A stretch of 64,000 nt of DNA from Candidatus Latescibacterota bacterium. Lineage in GTDB: Bacteria; Latescibacterota; UBA2968; UBA8231. The position numbers were made by a program, and so were the translations under genes. The notes beneath the pieces are model-generated. The model did no database searches and was not told the DNA's origin. It saw only the letters and a list, made by a program, of their open reading frames with translations. The stretch covers positions 3,840,001-3,904,000 of the forward strand of contig OZ253462.1 of assembly GCA_965261395.1 (NCBI GenBank), read 5' to 3'. Positions 45,136 through 55,531 of this stretch are shown here, piece by piece (within the stretch, counting starts at the first letter, position 1; each line of letters opens with the position of its first letter).

Positions 45136-46671
45136 CTAGACTATCTTCCTTTTTTTGTGCCGATCCTTCTTTCCGTTCGGCGTCCTGCCTTTGGCGCTAA
45201 CGGTAAGCCTCTTTTTTTTCGTACCGGCCTTAAGAGGAAAGGGAGCGGCTTTACTACGGCGGGGATGCCCATTCGGTGATTTTGTTGCTGGCTGTGCCTT
45301 CTCGTGCTGGTCAGCACTCCGTTCATGGTGCGTTCGCCGCTCCGCGTTCGCCGCAAGGAGTAGCGGTTCGTCGCCTTGGACCATCTTCGCTAGGGCTGAA
45401 GCCACATCCAGCGCCGTTATATTGTGCTCCTGTTGATATTGCTCGACGATCGTGCGGAACAGACCTAGGTCCTCAGTCGCAAGCACATTGGTAATCATCT
45501 GCTTAAAGCGGGCGATGCGCTGATCGTTGATTGCCGCGGTCGAAGGAAGCTGCAAAAGCGGGATCTTCTGTTGAGTGGACCGCTCTATGGCGTAGAGCAA
45601 GCGGCGCTCGCGTGGCGCGACAAAGAGAATCGCTTCGCCGGCACGTCCCGCTCGGCCGGTGCGTCCGATGCGGTGGATATAGGCTTCGACATCGGAGGGG
45701 ATATCGAAGTTGATGACGTGGCTGATGCGGTCGATGTCCAAGCCGCGCGCGGCGATATCTGTGGCCACGAGGATATCGAGTTGGCCCTTCTTCAGTTGTG
45801 CTACCGTTTCTTCGCGTCGTTTTTGCGCCATATCGCCGCTCAGGGCCGCACAGGCGTAGCCGCGGGCTTCCAGTTTTTCGGCTAATTCAACCGTTGCCGT
45901 CCGCGTGCGGACAAAGATCAAGATACCGTCGAAAGGTTCAGCTTCCAAGATGCGGGTCAGCGCATCGAGCTTGTGGTCTTTGCCGCTGACCATCCAATGG
46001 CGCTGGCGGATCTTATCGGCAGCAGACGTGCGCTCTTTAATGGCGATATGGGCTGGATCGCGTAGATGCTGCTCGGCGATGCGGCGGATCGGCGCTGGCA
46101 TCGTCGCGGAGAACAGGGCCGTCTGGTGGGTGTCCGGCGTTTGCTCTAAAATCCACTCGACATCTTCGATAAAGCCCATCCGCAGCATTTCGTCCGCCTC
46201 GTCCAGCACCAAGCAACTCAGGCTGTCCAGACGCAGGGTCTTGCGGCGCATATGGTCCATCACCCGGCCCGGCGTGCCGACCACTACATGCACGCCGCGC
46301 TTAAGCGAGCGCAATTGGCCGTCGTAGGCTTGGCCCCCATAGATGGGTAAGACGTGAAAACCCGGGATATGCGCGGCATAGCGCTGGAACGCCTCGGCGA
46401 CTTGGATGGCCAACTCGCGAGTGGGGGTTAAAACCAGCGTTTGCACTTCCCGGCGCCTAAAGTCGATCCGCGAGAGCAATGGTAGGGCAAAGGCCGCGGT
46501 TTTACCCGTGCCGGTTTGCGCCTGGCCGACTACATCGCGTCCGGCCAGCACCAACGGGATGGTCTGTTCTTGGATCGGCGTTGGAACCTCGTAGCCGACT
46601 TCGGTCAGTGATTTGAGTACGGGCCCAGCTAACGCAAGGTCTTGAAATTTCGTGCCGGATACTGCGGACAT
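45136..46671 (-). CDS. deaD: DEAD-box RNA helicase (DeaD/CsdA-like, short C-terminus)
   Basis: Q motif, AQTGTGKT, PTRELA, DEAD, SAT, HRIGRTGR. Confidence 0.92.
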   Translation of the reverse strand: MSAVSGTKFQDLALAGPVLKSLTEVGYEVPTPIQEQTIPLVLAGRDVVGQAQTGTGKTAAFALPLLSRIDFRRREVQTLVLTPTRELAIQVAEAFQRYAAHIPGFHVLPIYGGQAYDGQLRSLKRGVHVVVGTPGRVMDHMRRKTLRLDSLSCLVLDEADEMLRMGFIEDVEWILEQTPDTHQTALFSATMPAPIRRIAEQHLRDPAHIAIKERTSAADKIRQRHWMVSGKDHKLDALTRILEAEPFDGILIFVRTRTATVELAEKLEARGYACAALSGDMAQKRREETVAQLKKGQLDILVATDIAARGLDIDRISHVINFDIPSDVEAYIHRIGRTGRAGRAGEAILFVAPRERRLLYAIERSTQQKIPLLQLPSTAAINDQRIARFKQMITNVLATEDLGLFRTIVEQYQQEHNITALDVASALAKMVQGDEPLLLAANAERRTHHERSADQHEKAQPATKSPNGHPRRSKAAPFPLKAGTKKKRLTVSAKGRTPNGKKDRHKKRKIV

Positions 46672-46675
46672 GGGT

Positions 46676-48544
46676 CTATTCTTCTTTCTTGGCGTTTTTT
46701 TCGGCGCGGTAGCGCAGGCTGTGTTGCAGCTCTCTCTTGCGCATGCGCAGGGCCTTGGGCGTCACTTCCAAGAGCTCGTCGTTGTTCAGATATCCAATCG
46801 CCTCGTCAAGCGTTAGGATGCGCGCCGGTGAGAGTGAGTCCAATATGGTCTTGGGCGCAGCGCGGTGCCCCGTCAGGTGTTTGGTGCGGCAGACATTGAT
46901 GACCAAGTCTTCGTTGCGGATAGTCTCGCCGACGACTTGACCGGCATAGACTTCCTCGCCAGGGCGAATAAAAAAAGTGCCGCGCTGCTGTAGATGCTCC
47001 AGCGCATAAGCACTGGCGGTGCCGCGCTCGTGCGAGATAAGCGAGCCGTGTTCTTGCACGTCGATCTCCCCAGCCACCGGCTCGTAGTCGTGGAAGAGCG
47101 TGTTAAAGGTGCCCGTACCGCGCGTGGTATTTAAGTAGGGCTGGCGAAACCCGAGCATCCCGCGGGTGGGAACGAAGAATTCGGCATAGACTACGCCGTC
47201 ATCGCCGTGGCGGATGTCCTGTAGCCGCCCGCGCCTTTTGCCGAGAATTTCGCTAACGAGCCCTAAATACTCGGCAAGCACCTCGATAAAGACTCGCTCG
47301 ACGGGTTCGAGAAGGCCTCGCGTACTCGGGCGAAAGATGACCTCGGGATTGCTCACCGCTAGCTCGTAGCCCTCGCGTCGCATTGTTTCGATCAGGATGG
47401 CCAAGTGCAACTCGCCGCGTCCAGACACGACAAACTCGCCCGAACGCTCCAAGTCCTCCACGCGCAGCGCGACATTGCTTTCCAACTCATCGAAGAGCCG
47501 TTTGCGGAGTTCGCGGCTGGTCACGAAGCGGCCCTCGCGCCCGGAGAAGGGGCTGTCGTTGACCTTGAAGAGCATGCGTACTGTCGGCTCTTCGACTTTG
47601 ATCGGCGGTAGCGCCACGGGTCGGGCCGGGCAGGTCAGCGTATCGCCGATACCGACGTCGGGCACGCCGGCGACGGCGACGATATTGCCGGCGTGGACTT
47701 GCTCGACCGGCTCGCGCTTGAGGTTGCGGAAGACGAAAACCTGTCCGATCGTGGCCGGCTGCATCTCGCCTTCGGCGTTGATGTGGACAATTGCCTGACC
47801 GGCGGCCAGCGAACCGCTGCTCAAACGGCCGACGGCGATCTTGCCGACATACGAGCTGTGCTCCAAGGTCGTAACCAATAACTGCGGCGGACCGTCTATT
47901 GCGATCTGCGGCGGGGGGAGGTGGTCGACGATCGCATCGAATAAGGGGACTAGATTTTCGGCTATCTGATCAGGTGCAAGTCCGGCGCGGCCCTCTAAGG
48001 CCCGGGTGTAAACCACGGGGAAGTCGGCCTGTTCGTCGTTGGCCCCGAGGTCGATAAAAAGATCAAAGGTGGCGTCGATCACTGCGTCGGGGCGGGCGGC
48101 GGGCCGGTCTATTTTGTTGACGACGACGATGGCCTTGTGCCCGCGCTCCAGCGCTTGCTTGAGGACGAAGCGCGTCTGCGGCATCGGCCCCTCGACGGCG
48201 TCAATGAGCAACACCACGCCATCGACCATATTCATAATGCGCTCGACTTCACCGCCGAAGTCGGTGTGGCCGGGGGTATCGACGATATTGATGGTAGTGC
48301 CGTCGTAGATAATGCCCGTGTTCTTGGCCAAGATTGTGATGCCGCGCTCGCGCTCGAGGTCGTTGGAGTCGAGGATGCGTTCGGCGACTTGCTGGTGCGC
48401 CTCGAAGACATTGCTCTGTTTGAGCATGCCGTCGACTAGGGTGGTTTTACCATGGTCAACGTGGGCGATGATGGCCACATTGCGGATATCGGTGCGGGGT
48501 ACCGTTTGCACTGCGTCTTGCGTTACGGATTCGGGTTGGGTCAT
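46676..48544 (-). CDS. typA: Translational GTPase TypA/BipA
   Basis: [40 protein letters not shown]. Confidence 0.97.
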   Translation of the reverse strand: MTQPESVTQDAVQTVPRTDIRNVAIIAHVDHGKTTLVDGMLKQSNVFEAHQQVAERILDSNDLERERGITILAKNTGIIYDGTTINIVDTPGHTDFGGEVERIMNMVDGVVLLIDAVEGPMPQTRFVLKQALERGHKAIVVVNKIDRPAARPDAVIDATFDLFIDLGANDEQADFPVVYTRALEGRAGLAPDQIAENLVPLFDAIVDHLPPPQIAIDGPPQLLVTTLEHSSYVGKIAVGRLSSGSLAAGQAIVHINAEGEMQPATIGQVFVFRNLKREPVEQVHAGNIVAVAGVPDVGIGDTLTCPARPVALPPIKVEEPTVRMLFKVNDSPFSGREGRFVTSRELRKRLFDELESNVALRVEDLERSGEFVVSGRGELHLAILIETMRREGYELAVSNPEVIFRPSTRGLLEPVERVFIEVLAEYLGLVSEILGKRRGRLQDIRHGDDGVVYAEFFVPTRGMLGFRQPYLNTTRGTGTFNTLFHDYEPVAGEIDVQEHGSLISHERGTASAYALEHLQQRGTFFIRPGEEVYAGQVVGETIRNEDLVINVCRTKHLTGHRAAPKTILDSLSPARILTLDEAIGYLNNDELLEVTPKALRMRKRELQHSLRYRAEKNAKKEE

Positions 48545-48573
48545 GGATCCTCTAGGATTGGGCCAATAAAAGG

Positions 48574-48612
48574 AAAGGGGGCCGCGCTGTGGCTTTCTGC
48601 GCGGCCCCCTTT
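48574..48612. terminator. Strong hairpin (terminator or attenuator) just upstream of typA
   Basis: AAAGGGGGCCGCGC-11 nt-GCGCGGCCCCCTTT, perfect 14-bp stem; followed by CCTTTTATT on the minus strand. Confidence 0.65.
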
Positions 48613-48851
48613 TATGGTCGCCGCACGAGCTAACTCTACGCGGCGGATTCGCTGAGCGTTTCGTCTAATCGATTTGGAAGCTGTCTAATTTTTTATAAGA
48701 CAATGCCTTAGAGTAAATTAGGGTGCTTTTGAATATTGGGCAAATAAATGGCCCTCGCGCCGCGCATCCGACGCAGCAAACGCATCCTCTCCCGGACGCC
48801 GTAGCAGTATTTTGCTGACCAACGAATGGTATCTCGAGACTCGTTCGGGCC

Positions 48852-50000
48852 TCAAACTTCACTGGCGAGGATGCGGTCGATCACGGCCTTGGCATTGCCG
48901 CACCAGCGCAGGACAATGACCAGCTCGCGCTCAGGCTCGACGAAGACGATGTTGCCGCCGGCTCCGCGCGCCGCAAAGCTGTCGAGGCAGGCCAGATCGG
49001 ACATGTCGTGCTGGTGGTTGAGCCACCACAGGAAGCCGTATTCGGGCTTGATGGGGCAGGGGGTGAGGGAGTGGTCAATCCACTGTTCGGAGAGGATTTG
49101 GCGGCCGTTCCAGCGCCCTCGCTGCTGGAAGAGCAGGCCAAAGCGGGCGTGGCCGTAGGTGGTGATCCACAGGCCGCCGCCCCAGTGCGTGCCGCCGGAG
49201 ACGGATTGGGCCCTTTGGCCGCCTTCCTCGACCCAAGAGGTTTCGTACCCGTGCCATTCCCAAGTGGGAGAGGCCCCAATGGGGTCCATGATGGTCTCTT
49301 TGAGCACTGGAGGTAAGGGGCCACGGAAAAGGCGCAACAGGCTGAGGGCGGTGCGGTTGACGCGGACGTCGTTGTACTCCCAGAAGGTGCCGGGCGGTTC
49401 CAGAGACCGGTAATCGTCGGCGCTGGAGGCCGCGCCGCCCACCGTGGCTTCGGCGGCACCTTGGCCTAGTTGGCGGCCGCGGTCAATCCAGTCGGGCAGC
49501 CCGAAGAGTTCGCCTTCCCACTCGCTGGTCTGTTGCAGCAAATGCCGCCAAGTGATGGGGGCGTTGTGGGCGCTGTCAAAGCCGCCGTCGGCGACCGTGC
49601 GGCCGACGGGTTCGTCCAGATCGCGGATTAGCCCTTGGTCGAAGGCCACCCCGGCCAGCGCTGAGATATAGCTCTTGGCGCAACTGAACGTGACTTCGAC
49701 GCTAGCGACCGGGCCGAAGGAGGCGACCAGATATCCTTGCCGCACGATCAGGCCGGCTGTGGCTCCCCGTTTTTGTTTTTTGAGTGGGCCTAACGGACGG
49801 TCGTTGGGGTGGCGGTCGCCCTTGGGCAGCATGGCGGCCAAATTGGTGGGGGCTTGGATCTCTTGGGTCTGGGCGAAGGCCAACGCCGCGGCTAGTTTGT
49901 CGGCGTCGAAGCCGGCCTGGGTGGGGCTGCGGCGCAGCCAATCGTAGGGGGTGGGGCAGTAGTTGGGCATGGTTTTTGGTCCGGTGTGGGTGATCTTCAT
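48852..50000 (-). CDS. Serine hydrolase (beta-lactamase/AmpC-like family)
   Basis: SCAK (SxxK), ITWRHLL, YND, YGFLWW, FAARGAGG. Confidence 0.9.
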   Translation of the reverse strand: MKITHTGPKTMPNYCPTPYDWLRRSPTQAGFDADKLAAALAFAQTQEIQAPTNLAAMLPKGDRHPNDRPLGPLKKQKRGATAGLIVRQGYLVASFGPVASVEVTFSCAKSYISALAGVAFDQGLIRDLDEPVGRTVADGGFDSAHNAPITWRHLLQQTSEWEGELFGLPDWIDRGRQLGQGAAEATVGGAASSADDYRSLEPPGTFWEYNDVRVNRTALSLLRLFRGPLPPVLKETIMDPIGASPTWEWHGYETSWVEEGGQRAQSVSGGTHWGGGLWITTYGHARFGLLFQQRGRWNGRQILSEQWIDHSLTPCPIKPEYGFLWWLNHQHDMSDLACLDSFAARGAGGNIVFVEPERELVIVLRWCGNAKAVIDRILASEV

Positions 50001-50051
50001 CTGTTCTCCTCTGAGGACGTTTACAGCTCGGGCACCGGACGCCGCTGGCGC

Positions 50052-51299
50052 TTATTTGCCGAAGAGGACGCCGCGCCGCTCGATCTCGCTGTAGAACTCG
50101 GCGAATTCGCTGCTGTCGTCGTCGGCGATGACCTCGAGCGTCGAGCCGGCCTCGAAAAGGGGCAGTCCGGCTTGCCGGTAGCGCCCGTGGAAAGCGCTCC
50201 TGTTGCCGGCGATGTGCGCGCTCTCGCCGCCGGAGCGGACATAGCGATAAAAGTGGCGAACCTCGTGTACCGTCGAGTAGTCCACCGCGTATTTCTGCAC
50301 CGCCGCCTCATCGATCTCGATACCTAGACCGGGCTCTTCGGGAACCGGGTAGTAGCCGCCCTGCACCTCGATCGGTCTCTTCAGCAGTTGACTCTGGTAG
50401 ATGTTCATGCAGGTGATGGCCGGCCACCGGGCCTCGGGGCAGACCGCCCCCACGTGAGCCGCCCACGCTGTGGTGATGCCGGTACCGACCAGCTGCAGCC
50501 AGAACGGCTTGTTGGCGGCCGCGACTACGGCCTGCTGTTGCATCAGTTGCGAGGCACCGCCCCCGATAATCAGGCCGTCCGCGATGTCGTCGCGCAGCAC
50601 CGTCATGATCGGAGGCCTGTCCACGTGCATGGCGATGGGCCGGTTGATCCGCGACCGAACCTGGAGGTTGCCGGCGATATCCTCCTGCGGTATCGGGGTC
50701 TCGATCATCGCCAGTTGCTCGTACTGTTCGAGCGATTTTAGCAGCGGGACCGCATTGGCGGCATTCACCAGGTGGCCGTTGAAATCGAGGTCGAGTCTAA
50801 ATTGCGGCGGAATTACGCGCAGCACCGCCTGCAGGCAGGCGTGCAGGTCCTGCCACGGCCTCGTCTTGAGCTTGGCCGACATGTACCCCCGCGCAACCGC
50901 CATCTCGCACTGTCGAGCCCAATCCTCCGGGCCCATGTCGCAGGTCCACCAGGAGATCGGACACCCGTTGCGTACCCGCGGCCCAAGCAGATCGCAGATC
51001 GGGACGTTTTCGTTTTTCGCCACGGCATCGAACAGGGCGATCTGCACGCCGGCGCCGAGCCCGTCGCGCCATAATAGAGCAGCTGCCTCTTCGCCGACGA
51101 TGCGCTCTGCGATGTCGTCAGGTACCTGGGAATGGGTGGCATTCGGGATGGTCTCGCCCCAACCGACGCCGCCGTTGTCCAGCGTCAGCTTGCATACCTG
51201 AACGATCCGCCACGGCGCAATCCAGTACTGCAGGTGCTGGCCAGCATACTTCTCGAATGGCACGTCGAGGTTGGTGAGTTCGACACTAGCCACCTTCAC
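50052..51299 (-). CDS. Enolase-superfamily (mandelate racemase/MLE-like) protein
   Basis: GWGE, ALFD, KLK, LDFN, IETP, PGLGIEID. Confidence 0.87.
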   Translation of the reverse strand: MKVASVELTNLDVPFEKYAGQHLQYWIAPWRIVQVCKLTLDNGGVGWGETIPNATHSQVPDDIAERIVGEEAAALLWRDGLGAGVQIALFDAVAKNENVPICDLLGPRVRNGCPISWWTCDMGPEDWARQCEMAVARGYMSAKLKTRPWQDLHACLQAVLRVIPPQFRLDLDFNGHLVNAANAVPLLKSLEQYEQLAMIETPIPQEDIAGNLQVRSRINRPIAMHVDRPPIMTVLRDDIADGLIIGGGASQLMQQQAVVAAANKPFWLQLVGTGITTAWAAHVGAVCPEARWPAITCMNIYQSQLLKRPIEVQGGYYPVPEEPGLGIEIDEAAVQKYAVDYSTVHEVRHFYRYVRSGGESAHIAGNRSAFHGRYRQAGLPLFEAGSTLEVIADDDSSEFAEFYSEIERRGVLFGK

Positions 51300-51427
51300 G
51301 TCGGATCTCCTTGGTGACTGGCGAGCCCGTCGCGACGGCTGCCCTGGCGTACGAGGACTTTCACGGTGAATCTCCGGTATTGGGGGTCGCGTCAGCAGCC
51401 TTCACAGAGTGTTTAAAGTATTGAAAA

Positions 51428-51785
51428 ATGCTATGGCGAACAATCCGCTTACTGCTCCGGGAGACGGTCGAGCTGGTTTTGCTGGAGACCTATTTCGATC
51501 TCAACGATGCGTGGATGATCCCGTTTCAGCTTCAGGCCGCTGATGATGAACTTGGGTCAAGAGGACGCCAAAGGCGTCAAAGCGCGGTTGCGCAGTCCGG
51601 GAGCGGAGGGCGAAGTCTGGGCCAGCGGACAGGCAGACATCCCGGCCCGGTCCGTCGTGGTCGCCCTGTTGGCCATACTGCCGGGCAAGCAATACAATGG
51701 CTGGACTGGCACCGAGATTTTGGAGGTTGAAGCGCCGGGATCCGCGGTGTTTAATTTCACGGATTCTCGTTTCCACGGGAGATAG
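51428..51785 (+). pseudogene. Possible frameshifted gene remnant
   Basis: Two short overlapping frames with protein-like stretches (LMMNLGQEDAKGVKARL) and no complete ORF. Confidence 0.3.
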
Positions 51786-51800
51786 AGTGACGACTCTGAT

Positions 51801-54029
51801 TCAGCGACACCGCGCTCCTGCCGACGCCACCAATTCGATCCGATATTGCGGATGGCGGTGCATCTCTAGGGCGGCGTGGGCGAAAAAGGGATACACACTC
51901 CACTCGACGCAGGCCAAGAGATCGGGCTTGCCGTCGCCATTGAGATCTCCGGCCCAGGCGTTGGGGCCGTGGATGGTACAGGCAATGGGAGTGCCGTAGC
52001 ACTTGAATTGCCGGGGGGCCGCAAAGACGGGCTCTTGCGGTGAGCCGACATTGTGCAAGAGGTAGATCTCGCCCGTGCCGGCGAGATTGTAAATGAGATC
52101 AATCAAGCCATCGCCGTCCCAGTCACAGGCGCGGAAGGATTCGGTCCAGTGTTTTTGTCGGCCGACAATGCTATCGTCAATGGGGCGGCCGTCCTCCAAT
52201 AGCACCGGGCCGGCCGCTCTGACCCGCGGCTGGCCATCGCCGTGCACGTACTGAATAAAGAGCGTGGCCTGACGCTGATAGTTGTGGGTGATAAAATCCA
52301 TTAGGCCGTCGCCGTTCCAGTCGGCAAAAGCAGCGCCCGTGCGCCAGAAGAAAGGCGAGCGGGGATCGGTCGGGTAGGGGTGATTGGGCAAGTTGGGGTC
52401 GGCGCTCAAAAGGCCCGATTCGGCTCGGGTCTGGGGCGAGTCGGCGAAGCCTTCCACTTCGATGAATTGGCGCGGTCCAAAATAAGGGACTTTGTCAGTA
52501 CCTATATTTCGATGCCAGATAATGCGGTTGGTCTCGTTGGGCAGCATCAGGTCGAGCAGGCCGTCGCCATCCCAATCGACCAGCACGGGATAGGGGTAGC
52601 CCATATTGTGCCAGTGATCACCGCCCAGCAAATCGCCGCGCAGTACCCGGATGGGGCCGTCGGCGGAGAGGATCAACTGCGGCTCGTCAAAGGCGGGACG
52701 CTGGTTATCGCCCCGGTTGTGGACTAGGCGCGGCCAGCCGTATCCGCCGCCAATGACCAAATCCCAAACGCCGTCATTGTCCCAGTCCGCAGCGCAGGGC
52801 CAGGCTTGGTCGCTCCAAGAGACCGGGGGCGATGGGGCTTGGAGGAGGCCGCGCCTCACTAGCTGGCCGGGACCGGTCAATTCATAAAAGACTAGATGCT
52901 GATAGGTGTTGCACTGCAACAGGAGGCCGGGGCACGGCTCCTGGCTGGCGGCCAGTTGGGCGCAGTCCGCGGCGTCGGGTACGTCGGGCAGGGCTTGGGG
53001 CGGACCGTACTGGATAGGATCGGCGCTGGTGAGACAACGCCAGCAGAGCGCGCACGGCTGGTCCGGGGGCGGATAGGAGGAAGCCCCTCCTTCTAGGCCA
53101 ATCAGTTCCAAACGGCCGTCGCCATCTAGGTCGAGAAAGGCGATGTGCGGGCCGCTGCCCAAGTCTTGGGGTGGGCCGGGCCGGAAGGGAGCGCCGGTTG
53201 CCGCGAGATTGGCAATGAGGTGGCCGTTGACCACCAAATCGACCGCGCCGTTGCCGGTTATATCTTGCAGAATCAAGTGCTCAATGGTAGCAAAAGGGGT
53301 CTCAATAGAGCCATAGGGGGCGAAGAGCGGTAGGTTGCCCTCGTCGCGCTGTCCAGTGTTGCGAAAGAAGGTGACCTGACTGCGGCTGCGGTCGGCAAAG
53401 GCCAAGTCGACCAGCCCGTCGCCATCTATATCGGCAAAGGCGACCCGCACGTACACACCGGGAAAGTGCTTTAATTCGCCGTCCTCGACATAGCGCAGGC
53501 GCGCCATATCGCCAAAGAGCAAGTCTTCCGCGGTGCCAATGCGCGGACAGCAGACCAAGCCGCTTATGGGCGCGCCGGGACGGTGGTAGTAATTCCAGCA
53601 GCCCGCTAGGTCGGCCCGACCGTCGCCGGTCAGGTCGATCAGATGCAGGGAATTGCTCAGGACCAAGGGGCGCGGGCTAGGGGCGTTGTAGCGCAGCAGG
53701 TCGCCGTTGCCCACCAAGGGGACATAGGACTGCGGCACTAGTGCCGGTCGGCAGTCGGCCGTGGCAAAGCGGATCTCGTATTCAATGTGGTCGGGCTCGT
53801 CTATGGTCCACTCAATGCGGCCCCGATCGCCGTAGGCCAGGTCCTCGCTGCGGGCAAAAGCGACGGGTGTGCCGCTGGCGAGATCGACTACGACAATGGA
53901 ATTGGGGTCGAGCACGCCTTGGGCCCCGGCCTGGGCAATGAGACGGCCAAAGTCGACGACGGGCGAAAAGGGAATGCGGCCCCAATCGCTGGGCAGGGGC
54001 GAAGTAACGGTGAGTCGGCAGCGGATCAC
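51801..54029 (-). CDS. FG-GAP/VCBS repeat protein
   Basis: Multiple D(W/L)xGDGxxDL calcium-blade motifs. Confidence 0.88.
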   Translation of the reverse strand: MIRCRLTVTSPLPSDWGRIPFSPVVDFGRLIAQAGAQGVLDPNSIVVVDLASGTPVAFARSEDLAYGDRGRIEWTIDEPDHIEYEIRFATADCRPALVPQSYVPLVGNGDLLRYNAPSPRPLVLSNSLHLIDLTGDGRADLAGCWNYYHRPGAPISGLVCCPRIGTAEDLLFGDMARLRYVEDGELKHFPGVYVRVAFADIDGDGLVDLAFADRSRSQVTFFRNTGQRDEGNLPLFAPYGSIETPFATIEHLILQDITGNGAVDLVVNGHLIANLAATGAPFRPGPPQDLGSGPHIAFLDLDGDGRLELIGLEGGASSYPPPDQPCALCWRCLTSADPIQYGPPQALPDVPDAADCAQLAASQEPCPGLLLQCNTYQHLVFYELTGPGQLVRRGLLQAPSPPVSWSDQAWPCAADWDNDGVWDLVIGGGYGWPRLVHNRGDNQRPAFDEPQLILSADGPIRVLRGDLLGGDHWHNMGYPYPVLVDWDGDGLLDLMLPNETNRIIWHRNIGTDKVPYFGPRQFIEVEGFADSPQTRAESGLLSADPNLPNHPYPTDPRSPFFWRTGAAFADWNGDGLMDFITHNYQRQATLFIQYVHGDGQPRVRAAGPVLLEDGRPIDDSIVGRQKHWTESFRACDWDGDGLIDLIYNLAGTGEIYLLHNVGSPQEPVFAAPRQFKCYGTPIACTIHGPNAWAGDLNGDGKPDLLACVEWSVYPFFAHAALEMHRHPQYRIELVASAGARCR

Positions 54030-54043
54030 GGCTAGCTAGACTC

Positions 54044-55369
54044 TCACCTTTGCAGGGCCTGCCCTATAGCGCGCTGCACCGCGGCCACGTACTGATCCGT
54101 GGTACAGCCCCGCACGCGGGTCTCAAAGCCGTGGGTGCCAAAACCGGGGACAATCTCTTCGCGGATGCGCTTCTCTGGGTCGTTGAAGTAATAGGGCTGG
54201 GTGCGGCGCATGAACTCGGGCAGGTCCGCCCCCTCGGTGCGATACAGAGCGGGATTGGCCAAAATGACCTGGGGCTCGTCGCCGGGTGTGGCCGGCCGCC
54301 GGGGGACGGCCAGATCGCCCATGAGCACTTCCTCTTTCAGCTCGGGGGTCCAGTGACTGATGGCGTAGGTCGGACCGGGTTCTATCCACGGGCCAATGCG
54401 CCGCCGCACGACGACAAACTCGTACCACTTTTCCAACTCGTCCAGCAAGTGGGGCGGCAGGCCGCTCTTATCCTGGTACTGGCTGGGGTCGCCCTGGGCG
54501 CGGAGGTGGTTGAAGACCATGAACCAATTGACCAGGTCTCGGATGCCGCGGGGGACTTTGGTATAGCGCTCAGTGCCCCGGGGACTGCACACGTCCACCA
54601 GCACCACGTGGGGCATGTGGGTGCTCAAGTGGCGCATGAACTCGGGAGCAAAGCCATTGCGCTGAAAGCGCTCGGTATAGTGGGGCACGGTCAGGCGCAT
54701 GGAGAGGTGCGAGGGGGTGCGCTCGTAGCGCACGGCAAAGTCGCCGGCCAAATGCGGCTCCAGGGGCTCGACGACAAAGTGGCGGCCGTAGCGTTCGTTG
54801 CCGACCACGACTATAGACCTTTGGGTGTAGGCGCGGAAATGGCGCAGGAAATCGAGCAGGCCGCGCGCCTCCCAGGCCGCCCGCTGGGCTTCAAGGCGGT
54901 CCTGGTCGGTCAGGATGCAATCCTCCTCCTGCTGGGGCGGGAGGGTCTCTAGGGCATCAAAGGCGCAACGCCGTCCGTCCTCGTCTTGGGGCCAGGTCGG
55001 CTGGCGTTTTGCCTCGGACGCGTAGCGCCGGTACTCCAGTTCCCGCTGCAAAAGGTCGCTCGGGTCGAATTGGCCCAGACTGGTCGCCCGGCGGCGCTGG
55101 TCCAAATCGGCGATGCGAGCTTGGATATCGCCGCTGGACAGGTGGTCCACTAGGGCCGGGGTCAAGGTCACGCCGTCGTGGTTCTGGGTGTTTATTCCGG
55201 CCATCCAGGCGGCCAGGGTTTCGAGGCGTTCTAGGGCTTGGGCACCGGTGCGGCCGGCGAAAAAAGGGGTCAAGTCCTGGGTGGGCAGTCCCAGGACTTG
55301 GGCTGTGGCTGGAGGGATGGGCCTCGTTTTCGGGTGGGACAAAGCGACTAGCTCCTGTGGCCTAGACAC
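54044..55369 (-). CDS. Hypothetical protein
   Basis: 441-aa ORF ending 14 bp upstream of the FG-GAP gene; no motif recognised. Confidence 0.7.
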   Translation of the reverse strand: MSRPQELVALSHPKTRPIPPATAQVLGLPTQDLTPFFAGRTGAQALERLETLAAWMAGINTQNHDGVTLTPALVDHLSSGDIQARIADLDQRRRATSLGQFDPSDLLQRELEYRRYASEAKRQPTWPQDEDGRRCAFDALETLPPQQEEDCILTDQDRLEAQRAAWEARGLLDFLRHFRAYTQRSIVVVGNERYGRHFVVEPLEPHLAGDFAVRYERTPSHLSMRLTVPHYTERFQRNGFAPEFMRHLSTHMPHVVLVDVCSPRGTERYTKVPRGIRDLVNWFMVFNHLRAQGDPSQYQDKSGLPPHLLDELEKWYEFVVVRRRIGPWIEPGPTYAISHWTPELKEEVLMGDLAVPRRPATPGDEPQVILANPALYRTEGADLPEFMRRTQPYYFNDPEKRIREEIVPGFGTHGFETRVRGCTTDQYVAAVQRAIGQALQR

Positions 55370-55410
55370 TGGGGGGTGGTGCAGCTACGGGATTCCCGTA
55401 CGTTAGCTCT

Positions 55411-55522
55411 ATCATATCTGCCCGGAGAGCGACGCGCCATGAGCGAAGGAAATATCGCGAAATTCAAGCTGGATAAAAAGAATCCACCGCGTCTGAGCAA
55501 GACCCTCAAGAAAGCGAAATAG
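55411..55522 (+). pseudogene. Relic of a BrnT-type toxin C-terminus plus an internally deleted antitoxin
   Basis: 55411-55476 reads IISARRATRHERRKYREIQAG*; overlapping 55439-55522 reads MSEGNIAKFKLDKKNPPRLSKTLKKAK*. Confidence 0.7.
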
Positions 55523-55531
55523 GAGTGCGTC

